In this document: in pieces, positions 50,309-58,757 of the stretch
Layout: the number at the start of each line of letters is the position of its first letter
Numbering within the stretch: position 1 is the first letter of the stretch
NCBI GenBank assembly: GCA_963770895.1
Contig: CAVYRF010000001.1
Location: 1,376,001 to 1,440,000, forward strand
DNA length: 64,000 bases
Reading direction: 5' to 3'
Source: an uncultured Acidobacteriota bacterium
Lineage (GTDB): Bacteria; Acidobacteriota; Thermoanaerobaculia; Multivoradales; UBA5704
Position numbers and translations under genes: made by a program
Notes under the pieces: model-generated
What the model was told of the DNA's origin: nothing
Database searches by the model: none
Seen by the model: the letters and a program-made list of their open reading frames with translations, nothing else

Positions 50309-52446
50309 CGCTCACCCAGGAGCGGCGGCGCGGTCGCGGCACAGCAAATGGCGGCCAGGCCGCTGGCCAACGGTGCGGCCCAGGGCAGGCTGGTATCGAC
50401 AGCGACCAGGTCCACCCCGCGGCCGGCGACCAGGGCGACGTCGCCGGCGAGCCGAGGGGGCGGCTGGCTGGTCGCGGGTCCTCCCACCAGGGCTTCCAGG
50501 CGGCGGCGCTCGTCGATACCGCGCGGGCCTTCGCCGGCGACGGCGCCGTAGTACTCGGGGCGCACGCCGATCAGGCGCGGATGGCGGCGGAAGGTGGTGA
50601 CCCATTCGGCAAGGTCGTAGGGAGCCAGCACCAGGTCGGTAGGGCGGCTGAGGGCGACCAGAGTAGCGGCCAGCTCGTGCTCCGGCGGCACCTTCGGCGC
50701 GGGCAGGCCGAGGCGCGTGCCGTCGCGCGGCGAAAGCGTCCACGTGCCGGGAAGGCAGGCGAAGATCACGCTGAAACCGGCGGCGGCGGCGGCTCCCGGC
50801 AGCCAGCCGGGCCAGCCGGGCGATCGCGGCCACGCGGCGCGCGGTACCGGCGCTTGCGGGGCGGCGGCGCGGCGGCGCAGGGTGGCGAGGCGTTGGACAC
50901 AGAGGCCGATCAGCAGCGGGAACGGCACCGCCCAGAAGATGCGCCACAGGAAGCGCTGGACGAAGCGGCCGGCCAGCGCCGGCGTCCAGGGGTTCATCAC
51001 CGCCAGCAGCAAGGCGAGGACGTAGGCGATGGCCAAGCGGCGCCGCCGGCCCGGCGCGGCCACGAGCGGTGCCAGCAGCAGTGCGAAGAGAGCGAAGCGC
51101 GCGCGCGGGCCGGTGCCGAGCACGGCAGACAGGCCCGAGGTGGAGAGCGCGGGAAGCTGCGTCACGTCGGCCCACGAGATCGCCAGCCGTTGCGCCAGCG
51201 GCATGCGCGCCACCGTCGCCGCGGCGAAGCCGGCGACCGGCAGCGCCGCGGCGCCCGCCCAGAGCACGAGCGCCGGCCGGCGCTCGGCCGCGCTCCAGGC
51301 GGCCACCAGCAGCAGTGCCGTGGTGGGCACGGCGACGACGGCGCTGCCGGATATGCCCACCGCGGCCACCTGCACCAGGGCAAGCAGCATCCAGGTGCGC
51401 GCGCCCGGCGTGCGGCAGAAGCCCGCCGCGTAGGAAAGGGCGGCGGGCACGGCCACCACCACCGCCACCGCCTTGCCTTGGAACATGCGGACAAACGCAA
51501 AGTTGCCATACGCCTGGTGCACGTCGCCCCAGGCAAGCAGCGCCAACACCACCGCCGCGGCGCCGGCCACGGCGCCCGGCCGGCCGCCCAGGCGGCGCAG
51601 CGCCGACCAGTGGGCGAGCACGCAGAGCACCGCAAAGAGCGCCGGGAAGACCAGGTAGTAGAGCGCCTTGGGATCCACGCCGCCGAGCCGCGACAGCGTC
51701 GCGACCAGCGGTTCATAGCTCTTCAGCCGGTACCAGGTTTCAAAAGGCGGCAGACCGCGCTCGCCATAGAGCCCGTCATACGCCAGCAGCGGCTCCGCCG
51801 GGCGATCGAGCGCCGTAACCACCAGGTTGAGATAGAAGCTGTCGTCCGCATCCGGCCGGTGCGCCGCAAGGGTGACCCCGGCAGCCAGCACGCACAGGGC
51901 AAAAAGCGCAACGAGCGCCGCGCCGCCGCCTCTGTCGTGCGGCGCCGCCGACGTCAGTGTTGCCGGCAGCGCCGACACTGCCGTCGGGGCGGCGGCCGGC
52001 GCGCGAGCCCCATCTGCCGCCGCCGCGTTGTCCGGCCCGTCGCGGCGCGCCCGCACGCCGGCCGCGACGAGCACACCGACCGCGAGCACCCAATAGACCG
52101 GATATGCGCCCTTGCCGGCGGCGCCGGCGACCACCATCACCAACCCGGACGCCGCCGCGGCAACCGCCAGCGCCCGCGGCTGCAGCGCCTCCGCCTCCAA
52201 CTTCGCCACCGCCCCCTGCGGCGCCGCCGCCCCGCTACAAGCAGAGTTCGGCGCCGGCAGCCAGCGCAGTACGGCCGCGGCGGCCAGCAACGGCACCCAA
52301 GCGAGCGAAACCAGGGTGTCGAAGCTAGCGCCGAGCGCCTGCAACGTCCAACACCACGAGGTCCAGACGCCGAACAGCACCACGCTGCCATCGAGCAGCC
52401 GCACCGCCGCCGCTTCCCAGCGAAAAGCGCAGCTTTCCCCGGCCAT
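50266..52446 (-). CDS. DUF6077-like polytopic membrane protein (GT-C-fold candidate)
   Basis: Many TM helices, acidic HRPDADDSFY loop motif, FVRMFQGK, WRIFWAVP, soluble C-terminal domain. Confidence 0.65.
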   Translation of the reverse strand: MAGESCAFRWEAAAVRLLDGSVVLFGVWTSWCWTLQALGASFDTLVSLAWVPLLAAAAVLRWLPAPNSACSGAAAPQGAVAKLEAEALQPRALAVAAAASGLVMVVAGAAGKGAYPVYWVLAVGVLVAAGVRARRDGPDNAAAADGARAPAAAPTAVSALPATLTSAAPHDRGGGAALVALFALCVLAAGVTLAAHRPDADDSFYLNLVVTALDRPAEPLLAYDGLYGERGLPPFETWYRLKSYEPLVATLSRLGGVDPKALYYLVFPALFAVLCVLAHWSALRRLGGRPGAVAGAAAVVLALLAWGDVHQAYGNFAFVRMFQGKAVAVVVAVPAALSYAAGFCRTPGARTWMLLALVQVAAVGISGSAVVAVPTTALLLVAAWSAAERRPALVLWAGAAALPVAGFAAATVARMPLAQRLAISWADVTQLPALSTSGLSAVLGTGPRARFALFALLLAPLVAAPGRRRRLAIAYVLALLLAVMNPWTPALAGRFVQRFLWRIFWAVPFPLLIGLCVQRLATLRRRAAAPQAPVPRAAWPRSPGWPGWLPGAAAAAGFSVIFACLPGTWTLSPRDGTRLGLPAPKVPPEHELAATLVALSRPTDLVLAPYDLAEWVTTFRRHPRLIGVRPEYYGAVAGEGPRGIDERRRLEALVGGPATSQPPPRLAGDVALVAGRGVDLVAVDTSLPWAAPLASGLAAICCAATAPPLLGERYALYRCTRPRTAC

Positions 52447-52614
52447 CGGAGCCAGCATACCAGCGCCCCGCGCCGACCGTGGCGCGGCGCACGCACGCCG
52501 ATTCCGCCGTCTGGTCGCCCGCGACGGCCTCAGCCGTTCACCCCCTCGCCGCCTTTGACGTTCAGGATTTGGCCTGAGACCTACGGCGCATCCAGGCTTG
52601 CCAAGAAGACCCCC

Positions 52615-52643
52615 TTGCACCCACCCCCGCCATCCCCTAAACT
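52615..52643 (+). promoter_or_regulatory. Promoter of tRNA-Thr
   Basis: TTGCAC, 17 nt, TAAACT, about 40 nt upstream of the tRNA. Confidence 0.55.
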
Positions 52644-52683
52644 TCACGCTCGCCTCGGCTTCCACCCGAGCCCGCTCCTCCCG

Positions 52684-52758
52684 GCCGACGTAGCTCAGCG
52701 GTAGAGCAGCTGATTCGTAATCAGCAGGTCATCGGTTCAATCCCGATCGTCGGCTCCA
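52684..52758 (+). tRNA. tRNA-Thr (anticodon CGT); integration target
   Basis: GCCGACG acceptor stem, GCTGA-TTCGTAA-TCAGC anticodon arm, GGTTCAATCCC T-arm, encoded CCA. Confidence 0.96.
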
Positions 52759-52826
52759 GCATAAGCCCAATTCTGTCAGCGATTTAACCCCTCTCCTTCG
52801 GGTCGCGTTATCGCGCGATTCGAGAT

Positions 52827-52848
52827 CTGACTCAGCACTGACTCAGCA
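52827..52848 (+). repeat. Two tandem CTGACTCAGCA repeats (left integrase arm-type sites)
   Basis: 11-bp unit x2, about 70 bp inside attL; the same unit occurs x3 near attR. Confidence 0.75.
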
Positions 52849-53034
52849 CGCGGAGCAGTTTCGTCGGCCGCGTGGAAAGGAGGGGATCGACCCAGCGGAA
52901 CAACCAGGCAGGCACCAGCCACGACCCACAGGCAGCCGGTCGGTTCCGGCACCGCCCCCCACAGATCTAACAGCGGCCTCGGCGAGAGTTGATGGCTCCC
53001 GCCGAAGCCTGACCAACGCAAAGGAAAACGCCCT

Positions 53035-53439
53035 ATGCGAGGCTCACCGCAGTCTACAACCCCGCCGCCCCCACCCTGGAACGCCGCCGATTCGTTCCGG
53101 GAAACAACCCTCATCTGCATTGACGATCCGGTGTCGCGCGAAGCCCTCCGTCAGGTCGGCCGGATGATCTACGAAATGGCGATCGTGACGGCCGAGTTCC
53201 CCAGCGACGAGTCCACCAGCCACGCGGAGATGCGCGCCGCCCTGGCCGAGCTGCGCTTCATTGAGGGGTTCTTCCTCTCGATGCACCAGGCGGCCGAGGA
53301 ATCGTGCCTCGATCCCCAGGAAGCCCGCCTTGCCCGCTTCGCCGGCAAGATGGCAGTGCAGGTAAGCGCAATCGTTGCCGCCGTCGAGCGCGAGTTGCGA
53401 CCGATCGCCAGTTGGCCCGGCGACAAGGCAGAGAGGTGA
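53035..53439 (+). CDS. Hypothetical protein (paralogue of 53562-53927)
   Basis: AAAGGA RBS; shares RM.Y..A, E.RAA.A.LR..EG, LARFAGK.A..V.AI...E..L with the next gene. Confidence 0.7.
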   Translation: MRGSPQSTTPPPPPWNAADSFRETTLICIDDPVSREALRQVGRMIYEMAIVTAEFPSDESTSHAEMRAALAELRFIEGFFLSMHQAAEESCLDPQEARLARFAGKMAVQVSAIVAAVERELRPIASWPGDKAER

Positions 53440-53561
53440 TCGCAGTCGAGTAGTCCAGAGACACGGAGGGGCGGCGCCGTGCCGCCCCGTTTCCCTAGAA
53501 GCGGCCCCGGCAAGAGGTGTGAACTCTCACCGGAGCCTAGTCACGCAAAGGAAACCGCCCA

Positions 53562-53927
53562 ATGCGCAACCGCCACAAATCTACCACCGCATCCGCCACC
53601 TGGACCGAGGCAGCCTCGATCCGGGAAACCACCATGCGCAGTATCGACGACGCGAAGGACCGGAAGGCGATCCGCCGTCTCAGCAGAATGCTCTACCTGT
53701 ACGCGCTGGAGACGACGCGCGGGCCTTTCACGGAGTCCCCAACCCGCGACGAACTGCGCGCCGCCGCCGCCGATCTCCGGTATCTCGAAGGCTACCTATC
53801 CATGACCGGCGATGCGCACAGCGCCTCATCGCTCCCGCCGCCGGATGACGACCTGGCCCGGTTCGCCGGCAAGCTCGCCGGGAAGGTCGGCGCCATCGCG
53901 GAGTCGATCGAAGGGAGGCTGTCATGA
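53562..53927 (+). CDS. Hypothetical protein (paralogue of 53035-53439)
   Basis: AAAGGA RBS; same motifs; ATGA-coupled to the downstream HTH gene. Confidence 0.7.
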   Translation: MRNRHKSTTASATWTEAASIRETTMRSIDDAKDRKAIRRLSRMLYLYALETTRGPFTESPTRDELRAAAADLRYLEGYLSMTGDAHSASSLPPPDDDLARFAGKLAGKVGAIAESIEGRLS

Positions 53928-54223
53928 CCACTGGCCGTCACCCGGACGCCGAGCGGTCGCGCCAGGCGCTTTGCCGTCTCGTTGGGTTGGCAGGGGTAAG
54001 CCGCGTTGAGATGTCCCGCCGCCTCCAAGGCCGGGGCTTCTCATGCGACGTGCAGCGCGCTCTAACCGGCAGGACCGACCTGCGGTTGTGGCAGGTGCTG
54101 GCGATCGTAGAAGCGGTGGACATGGCGCCCGCCGAGTTCTTCCGCATGGTGTTCAAGGCGCCCAAGGAGCCCAGCCCGTTTCGGCGGCAGCTTGAAATTG
54201 TAGCGACCACGCTTCACGAGTAG
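53924..54223 (+). CDS. Putative XRE/Cro-like HTH protein
   Basis: GVSRVEMSRRL...VQRALTGRTDLRLWQVLAIVEAVDMAPAEFF pattern. Confidence 0.55.
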   Translation: MTTGRHPDAERSRQALCRLVGLAGVSRVEMSRRLQGRGFSCDVQRALTGRTDLRLWQVLAIVEAVDMAPAEFFRMVFKAPKEPSPFRRQLEIVATTLHE

Positions 54224-54365
54224 GCGAGAAGGACCACCGCAAGACACCCCCCGCGCCAACGTCACCGACGCTAAACCGTCAAACCGTCCGGGCCTGTGAA
54301 GCAGAGCACAGGCCCGGACTTCTCGCCTTAGCGCTAACGCCATACATGATCATATCTGCATAAGC

Positions 54366-55049
54366 TTGCGCCTTAAGGCAGTGAGGCATAGCCTTACGTT
54401 GGTGCCAAAGTCAGCTGTGCGGATCGCGCTAGCCGTAGGCTGCGGACTTGTGCTCGCTCTCGTCGTTGCCTTTGCGGGCTGCGTCCTATTTCTCCGACAC
54501 GAGGTAAGAAAACAGGCTGATACCACTCGCAAAGTTGCCCAGCATCAACTTGCCGAACTTCAGGAGCAGGTTCGCACACGCCAGAACGAACTAGACTCCA
54601 AGCTGACTGCGTGGCATGAGGCGCCGCTAAAATCGAGCATGGACGGTTCGACCGGCATTGGGATAGCGCACTTTGCGTCGAATGAAATCGCCGGCTGGTT
54701 GGAGCATTCTAGGCCACTGCTGAGCATCGGATGCACTGAGCACAAAACACGTTTATTTGTTGTCACCGGAATGAACGCCCAGCCTGAGCTTGCATTGTAC
54801 GAACGATATACAGTCCGACTCAGGCTTGACCAGGGTAGGCCAGAGCGCCAAGAATGGAGCCAAGGCACTGACGGCAAGCTGCTGTTTGCGCCTAACCCCA
54901 TCCTGCTAGCCAAACAGCTCGCAAAAGCTCAATTACTGCGCTTTGAGTTTACGCCATTCAACGCCACCAGTCAGGTAGCCGAATTCAACCTTGCCGGTCT
55001 AAAGGATCATCTCTCCAAGGTCGCCGCCGCTTGCGGATGGCAACTGTAG
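54366..55049 (+). CDS. Membrane-anchored protein with VasI/TagO-like domain
   Basis: TM helix and coiled coil; W..SSMDGS, LSIGCTEHKT, VRLRLD, WSQGTDGKLLF, FEFTPFN..AEFNLAGL; start uncertain. Confidence 0.55.
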   Translation: MRLKAVRHSLTLVPKSAVRIALAVGCGLVLALVVAFAGCVLFLRHEVRKQADTTRKVAQHQLAELQEQVRTRQNELDSKLTAWHEAPLKSSMDGSTGIGIAHFASNEIAGWLEHSRPLLSIGCTEHKTRLFVVTGMNAQPELALYERYTVRLRLDQGRPERQEWSQGTDGKLLFAPNPILLAKQLAKAQLLRFEFTPFNATSQVAEFNLAGLKDHLSKVAAACGWQL

Positions 55050-55065
55050 ATCGTCGAGCAATAAC

Positions 55066-55800
55066 ATGGAACCGGCCGGGCATATTCAATTGCAACCATC
55101 TCGGCTTTCAGCATTCATGATGAATCCGAGCAATTCACGTTCACGCGAGCACATTCTTACAACTCGGGCGATATACGATCTCTCGCTAGCGGCAGCGGCT
55201 AGCGGCTATCATCTCCAAACATACAGTCCGGTAGTTGACCGCGACGGCTTCGACCTCATTATAGACGACCACGACTCTATCGTTCCACTCCAGCTAAAGT
55301 CGAGAGCCGGGAGCCAGAGCAGATGGTCGGTGCATCGGAAGCTTCTTCGGCCACAGCGCCGCGACTGTGAACTGTTCGGGTTTGAGGAGAGTCCTGAGGG
55401 AGAGGGGCTCGGCGGAGGAGTTCTACTTGCGCACATAGAGCCGCATGACAGCGCACTCGACGTAACGTATTACTACACCGATGTCCATATCCTAACTGCC
55501 CTATGGCAACGAGTTGTCGATCGCAACCGCTCAGAAGATGTGGCACTCCGCAGATTGCAAATTGATCTCTCAGCCGACGTTGCCGGCTTTGTGGCTCTAC
55601 CTAAGGCTGCATTCGTCCGGGCCAATTCTCCTGACGCAGTGCTAGCCTTGGCTGGTTTGCATAGCCGCTACAACATGGCATGGCGTCTCAATATTAGGCG
55701 CCTTGCTGGGTCTGCCAACCGAGGCGAACCATTAGATTTACCGGAAGGTCGCCTGCGCTCCACAATCGCTGCCGAGTTGGCTGCGATGCAACGCCCGTGA
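55066..55800 (+). CDS. Hypothetical protein with PD-(D/E)xK-like nuclease motif
   Basis: SREH..., VDRDGFDLIID...VPLQLKS (D...QxK variant); island cargo. Confidence 0.5.
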   Translation: MEPAGHIQLQPSRLSAFMMNPSNSRSREHILTTRAIYDLSLAAAASGYHLQTYSPVVDRDGFDLIIDDHDSIVPLQLKSRAGSQSRWSVHRKLLRPQRRDCELFGFEESPEGEGLGGGVLLAHIEPHDSALDVTYYYTDVHILTALWQRVVDRNRSEDVALRRLQIDLSADVAGFVALPKAAFVRANSPDAVLALAGLHSRYNMAWRLNIRRLAGSANRGEPLDLPEGRLRSTIAAELAAMQRP

Positions 55801-55965
55801 CTTTCCGGTGCTGGTGCGGGGCGATACTTTGGGGTAACGCCGAATTGCCGGCTATTGGGCTCGCGTAGTGGGCGCCGGCCCATAGACCCAGAGCGATACC
55901 ACCATAGGCTTGTGCCGGTGGCGATGCCGCGCATAGCCTCAAGGGAGGTTCCTGGAGACTGCACT

Positions 55966-56475
55966 ATGGATCGTAAGGCGCTCCCTCGATCTCTCGCCCT
56001 CTTTGTCGCCGTCGCCTCTCTTGCCCTACCGTGCGCAGCACAAAAGCCCGCACAGCCCGCGCCGCAGGCAGCCCAACAGTTAGGGTTTGGTAAGTGGCAG
56101 GTTCTCAGTGAGGGGGCCGTTTTCATACAGCGCGGTACGCTTGCCTTGGTCCTAACGGTGGGCCAGATTAGGCAGGCTCCGGTCGGCACCGCCTACATTG
56201 TAGACCGACTGTCCGATGTGCCTAACAGCCGCCAGCGGGATTTGTCGGGGTGTCCCCAGCGTCTCCGCGTTGACTCGAATCCGGCGCTAGCGATTGGGAT
56301 CGGCGCCGGGTCCGTCACAGACGGACGCGTGCTACTGCGTGAAATGCTCGCCGGGAACTCGCTGACTGCGGAGTATTGCATTTGGCCCAACCATCGGCCG
56401 GCCCATTCCACTTTCGAGCTAAAAGGCTTCGCGCAAGCGTGGCACGCAGCCGGTGGGCGTGAACCGAAATCGTAG
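55966..56475 (+). CDS. Hypothetical secreted protein
   Basis: GGAG RBS; signal peptide MDRKALPRSLALFVAVASLALPCAA. Confidence 0.55.
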   Translation: MDRKALPRSLALFVAVASLALPCAAQKPAQPAPQAAQQLGFGKWQVLSEGAVFIQRGTLALVLTVGQIRQAPVGTAYIVDRLSDVPNSRQRDLSGCPQRLRVDSNPALAIGIGAGSVTDGRVLLREMLAGNSLTAEYCIWPNHRPAHSTFELKGFAQAWHAAGGREPKS

Positions 56476-56549
56476 GTCCGCCTCAATGGCAAGACTACCC
56501 AATAGATATCTGTTGTTTGTAGATTTGGGCGCCGAAATGGGAGACAGGA

Positions 56550-56924
56550 ATGAAAAAGGCCACTCTCACGCCTCTCACGCTGCTGATTTTCCAACTCAAC
56601 CACCTTCTCGACACGGGTCGCTACGACAGGATCACATTCCAGGAGGTGACTTCTCGAATCGAAGATGGATCCATCCTCCATTTCCTCAAGGAACGCGCAG
56701 GCGAAGATGTAGACCTCAGCGCGCATCTTGAGGGCGGTCTTATGCATGGCAAGTTCGAGCACTTCTACGTGCCGTATTTGCAATCGTTCCTCAACGCCGA
56801 GGATTTCCAGCGCAAGTGGCTTGTACAAAACCGGGGGCTGTGCCTGCTTATCGCGATGACCAACGAGATTGTCCAGCAAGGCAGTGGTTGGTCCTCCTCG
56901 ACCGACGTTGCTGGTGTGGAATAG
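56550..56924 (+). CDS. Hypothetical protein
   Basis: GGAGACAGGA RBS, 124 aa, co-oriented with other cargo genes. Confidence 0.55.
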   Translation: MKKATLTPLTLLIFQLNHLLDTGRYDRITFQEVTSRIEDGSILHFLKERAGEDVDLSAHLEGGLMHGKFEHFYVPYLQSFLNAEDFQRKWLVQNRGLCLLIAMTNEIVQQGSGWSSSTDVAGVE

Positions 56925-56967
56925 CGCGCCGTGCGCAGCAGGTCAGAGGTCAACGCCACGATCAGAT

Positions 56968-57045
56968 GCGCTCAGCCGCGGTCACACCAAGGCCGCCGCC
57001 GCCGGCCTGGCTGGCGTGAGTGAAGTGGTGCGCGTATAAGCGAGC
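56968..57045 (+). repeat. Left arm of a perfect 78-bp inverted repeat
   Basis: Exact reverse complement of 58435-58512. Confidence 0.95.
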
Positions 57046-57331
57046 TTCCGAAGATCCCGACTTTGCGGAGCAGAAATGGATAGCATGCCCACCGGGGAAC
57101 AGCGGCGCTGATGACGGTGGCGTTTGAGAGGATTACCGATCGAGTGCCCGAGCGACAGGATTGCTCGCGGTGTGAATTCGAGACAGGCCATAGAGCACAC
57201 CCGGCATGCTGATGGACCGATCGCGAGTCCGAAGACGATACCGATTGACAGATTGACAGGCTATCGCTTGAGACGAGACGCCGCTTGCTGGCAGAGCTGG
57301 CGGCAATTGAGCGTGATAATTTGGCACCTCC

Positions 57332-57359
57332 TTGATTGGGGGGTAAGCTGCGGTATAAT
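57332..57359 (+). promoter_or_regulatory. Promoter for the gene inside the inverted repeats
   Basis: TTGATT, 16 nt, TATAAT. Confidence 0.5.
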
Positions 57360-57528
57360 GAGATCGGCTATGCCGGCCTTGGCTGCCAGGAAAATGCTCC
57401 GACGAAGGCTCATCGCGCAAAGCACCATCGGCCAGAGGCAAATGACATCGCCTCCTTCTAGGCACACATCGCACTTTCGATCATCTCTTATGTCCACCCG
57501 ATAAAACGACACCAGATTGAGGTTACAC

Positions 57529-58293
57529 ATGCCGACTTGCTTCGTAATTCAACCATTCGACTCGGGGAAATTTGACAAGCGCTATTTTGATATCTATGAG
57601 CCTGCGATCAATGCGTCGAACTTGGAAGCATATAGAGTTGACCTCGACCCCTCCGTAGAAGTACCAATCGAAGCTATCGAAGACGGCATCCGGGCCGCCG
57701 CCATCTGCCTGGCCGACATCACTACCGACAATCCGAATGTCTGGTATGAGCTGGGGTACGCATTTGCGGCTGGGCGCCCAGTAGTCATGATCTGCTCGGA
57801 GGAGCGAAAGGACAAGAAGTATCCATTTGACATTCAGCACCGGACGGTCATTCGCTACAAGCCAGATGCTCCAAGTGATTTTGCAGCACTACAGATCGCC
57901 ATTACAGAACGGCTGCGTGCGAAACTCAACAAGGCGCAGGCACTTCGTCAGATAATTGAGTCTGAGCAAGTGGCCCCCACGCAAGGCCTGAGTCAGCCAG
58001 AGCTCATGGTGCTAGCAGAGCTCGCTGGTGACACACCCATCCCTGGCGCCATTGTCGCCGTATCCTCCTTGAAGCACTCATCGGAAGGAGCGGGGCTCAC
58101 CGCGATAGGCTTTTCGCTTGCACACAGACGGTTGGTGGCGAAGGGCATGGTTGAGCGCGTAGATGGTCAGGACGAGCGCGGCGACTACTACGACGCCAGT
58201 AGGCTGACTGAGCAGGGCTGGAGTTGGATCGACACAAATGAATCACTATTTGTTCTCCGGCGCCCCGAACCTGGTGATGACATCCATTTCTAA
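57529..58293 (+). CDS. Nucleoside 2-deoxyribosyltransferase/TIR-like domain protein with C-terminal winged-helix-like region
   Basis: MPTCFVIQPF, AYRVD, IEDGIRAAAICLADITTDNPNVWYELGYAFAAGRPVVMI, YPFDIQHRTVIRY. Confidence 0.75.
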   Translation: MPTCFVIQPFDSGKFDKRYFDIYEPAINASNLEAYRVDLDPSVEVPIEAIEDGIRAAAICLADITTDNPNVWYELGYAFAAGRPVVMICSEERKDKKYPFDIQHRTVIRYKPDAPSDFAALQIAITERLRAKLNKAQALRQIIESEQVAPTQGLSQPELMVLAELAGDTPIPGAIVAVSSLKHSSEGAGLTAIGFSLAHRRLVAKGMVERVDGQDERGDYYDASRLTEQGWSWIDTNESLFVLRRPEPGDDIHF

Positions 58294-58434
58294 TTGGGGG
58301 AGCAAGGACCCGGAGCGGGAGCTGAGCCGCAAAGCGACTGTGGTCAATGGCCGCAGCCGCCGGCATGCCCTTCCTGCTGTTCTGCTGTTCAGCGCTAAGC
58401 AATACCGCCGTATGACAACTCGGAGTCTTCGGCC

Positions 58435-58512
58435 GCTCGCTTATACGCGCACCACTTCACTCACGCCAGCCAGGCCGGCGGCGGCGGCCTTGGTGTGACC
58501 GCGGCTGAGCGC
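58435..58512 (-). repeat. Right arm of a perfect 78-bp inverted repeat
   Basis: Exact reverse complement of 56968-57045. Confidence 0.95.
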
Positions 58513-58646
58513 GTCGAAGTAGGCGGGGATTCCCATTCGGCCCCCGCGTTGGCGCAGGCCAGTGACAGCTGTTGCGCCAGTGCCACAACGTGCTTACGTA
58601 ATATCGCGTTGCGACACATCGTGAGAAGGCGCCGTCTGTACAAAAG

Positions 58647-58757
58647 CCGTCCACGGTTGAGGCGACAGCGCGAGAGACGTGGTGACGCTGGACGGATGGA
58701 CGGATCTCTACACTACTCGCTTCCTGGCCCATCTGGACGGATGGACGACCCGGACGG
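58647..58757. repeat. Octamer iterons (consensus nTGGACGG), putative replication origin
   Basis: Copies at 58688, 58696, 58733, 58741, 58750, one inverted at 58647; three more inverted copies at 59906-59929. Confidence 0.6.

Noticed and set aside
50266-52446. Calling the membrane protein PglB/STT3
   Set aside because: No WWDxG motif is visible; only a generic GT-C-like layout can be supported
41200-52680. Local strand skews (C/A-rich plus strand at about 41.2-42.0 and 51.3-52.7 kb, G-rich at about 47.7-49.5 kb)
   Set aside because: Follows gene orientation (G-rich 5' coding strands); judged by eye only, not quantified, and no discrete element can be defined
54366-56924. Integron cassette array or type VI secretion locus in the island cargo
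   Set aside because: No attC-like repeats seen between the genes and the integrase is P4-like; the VasI-like gene is alone with no T6SS structural genes
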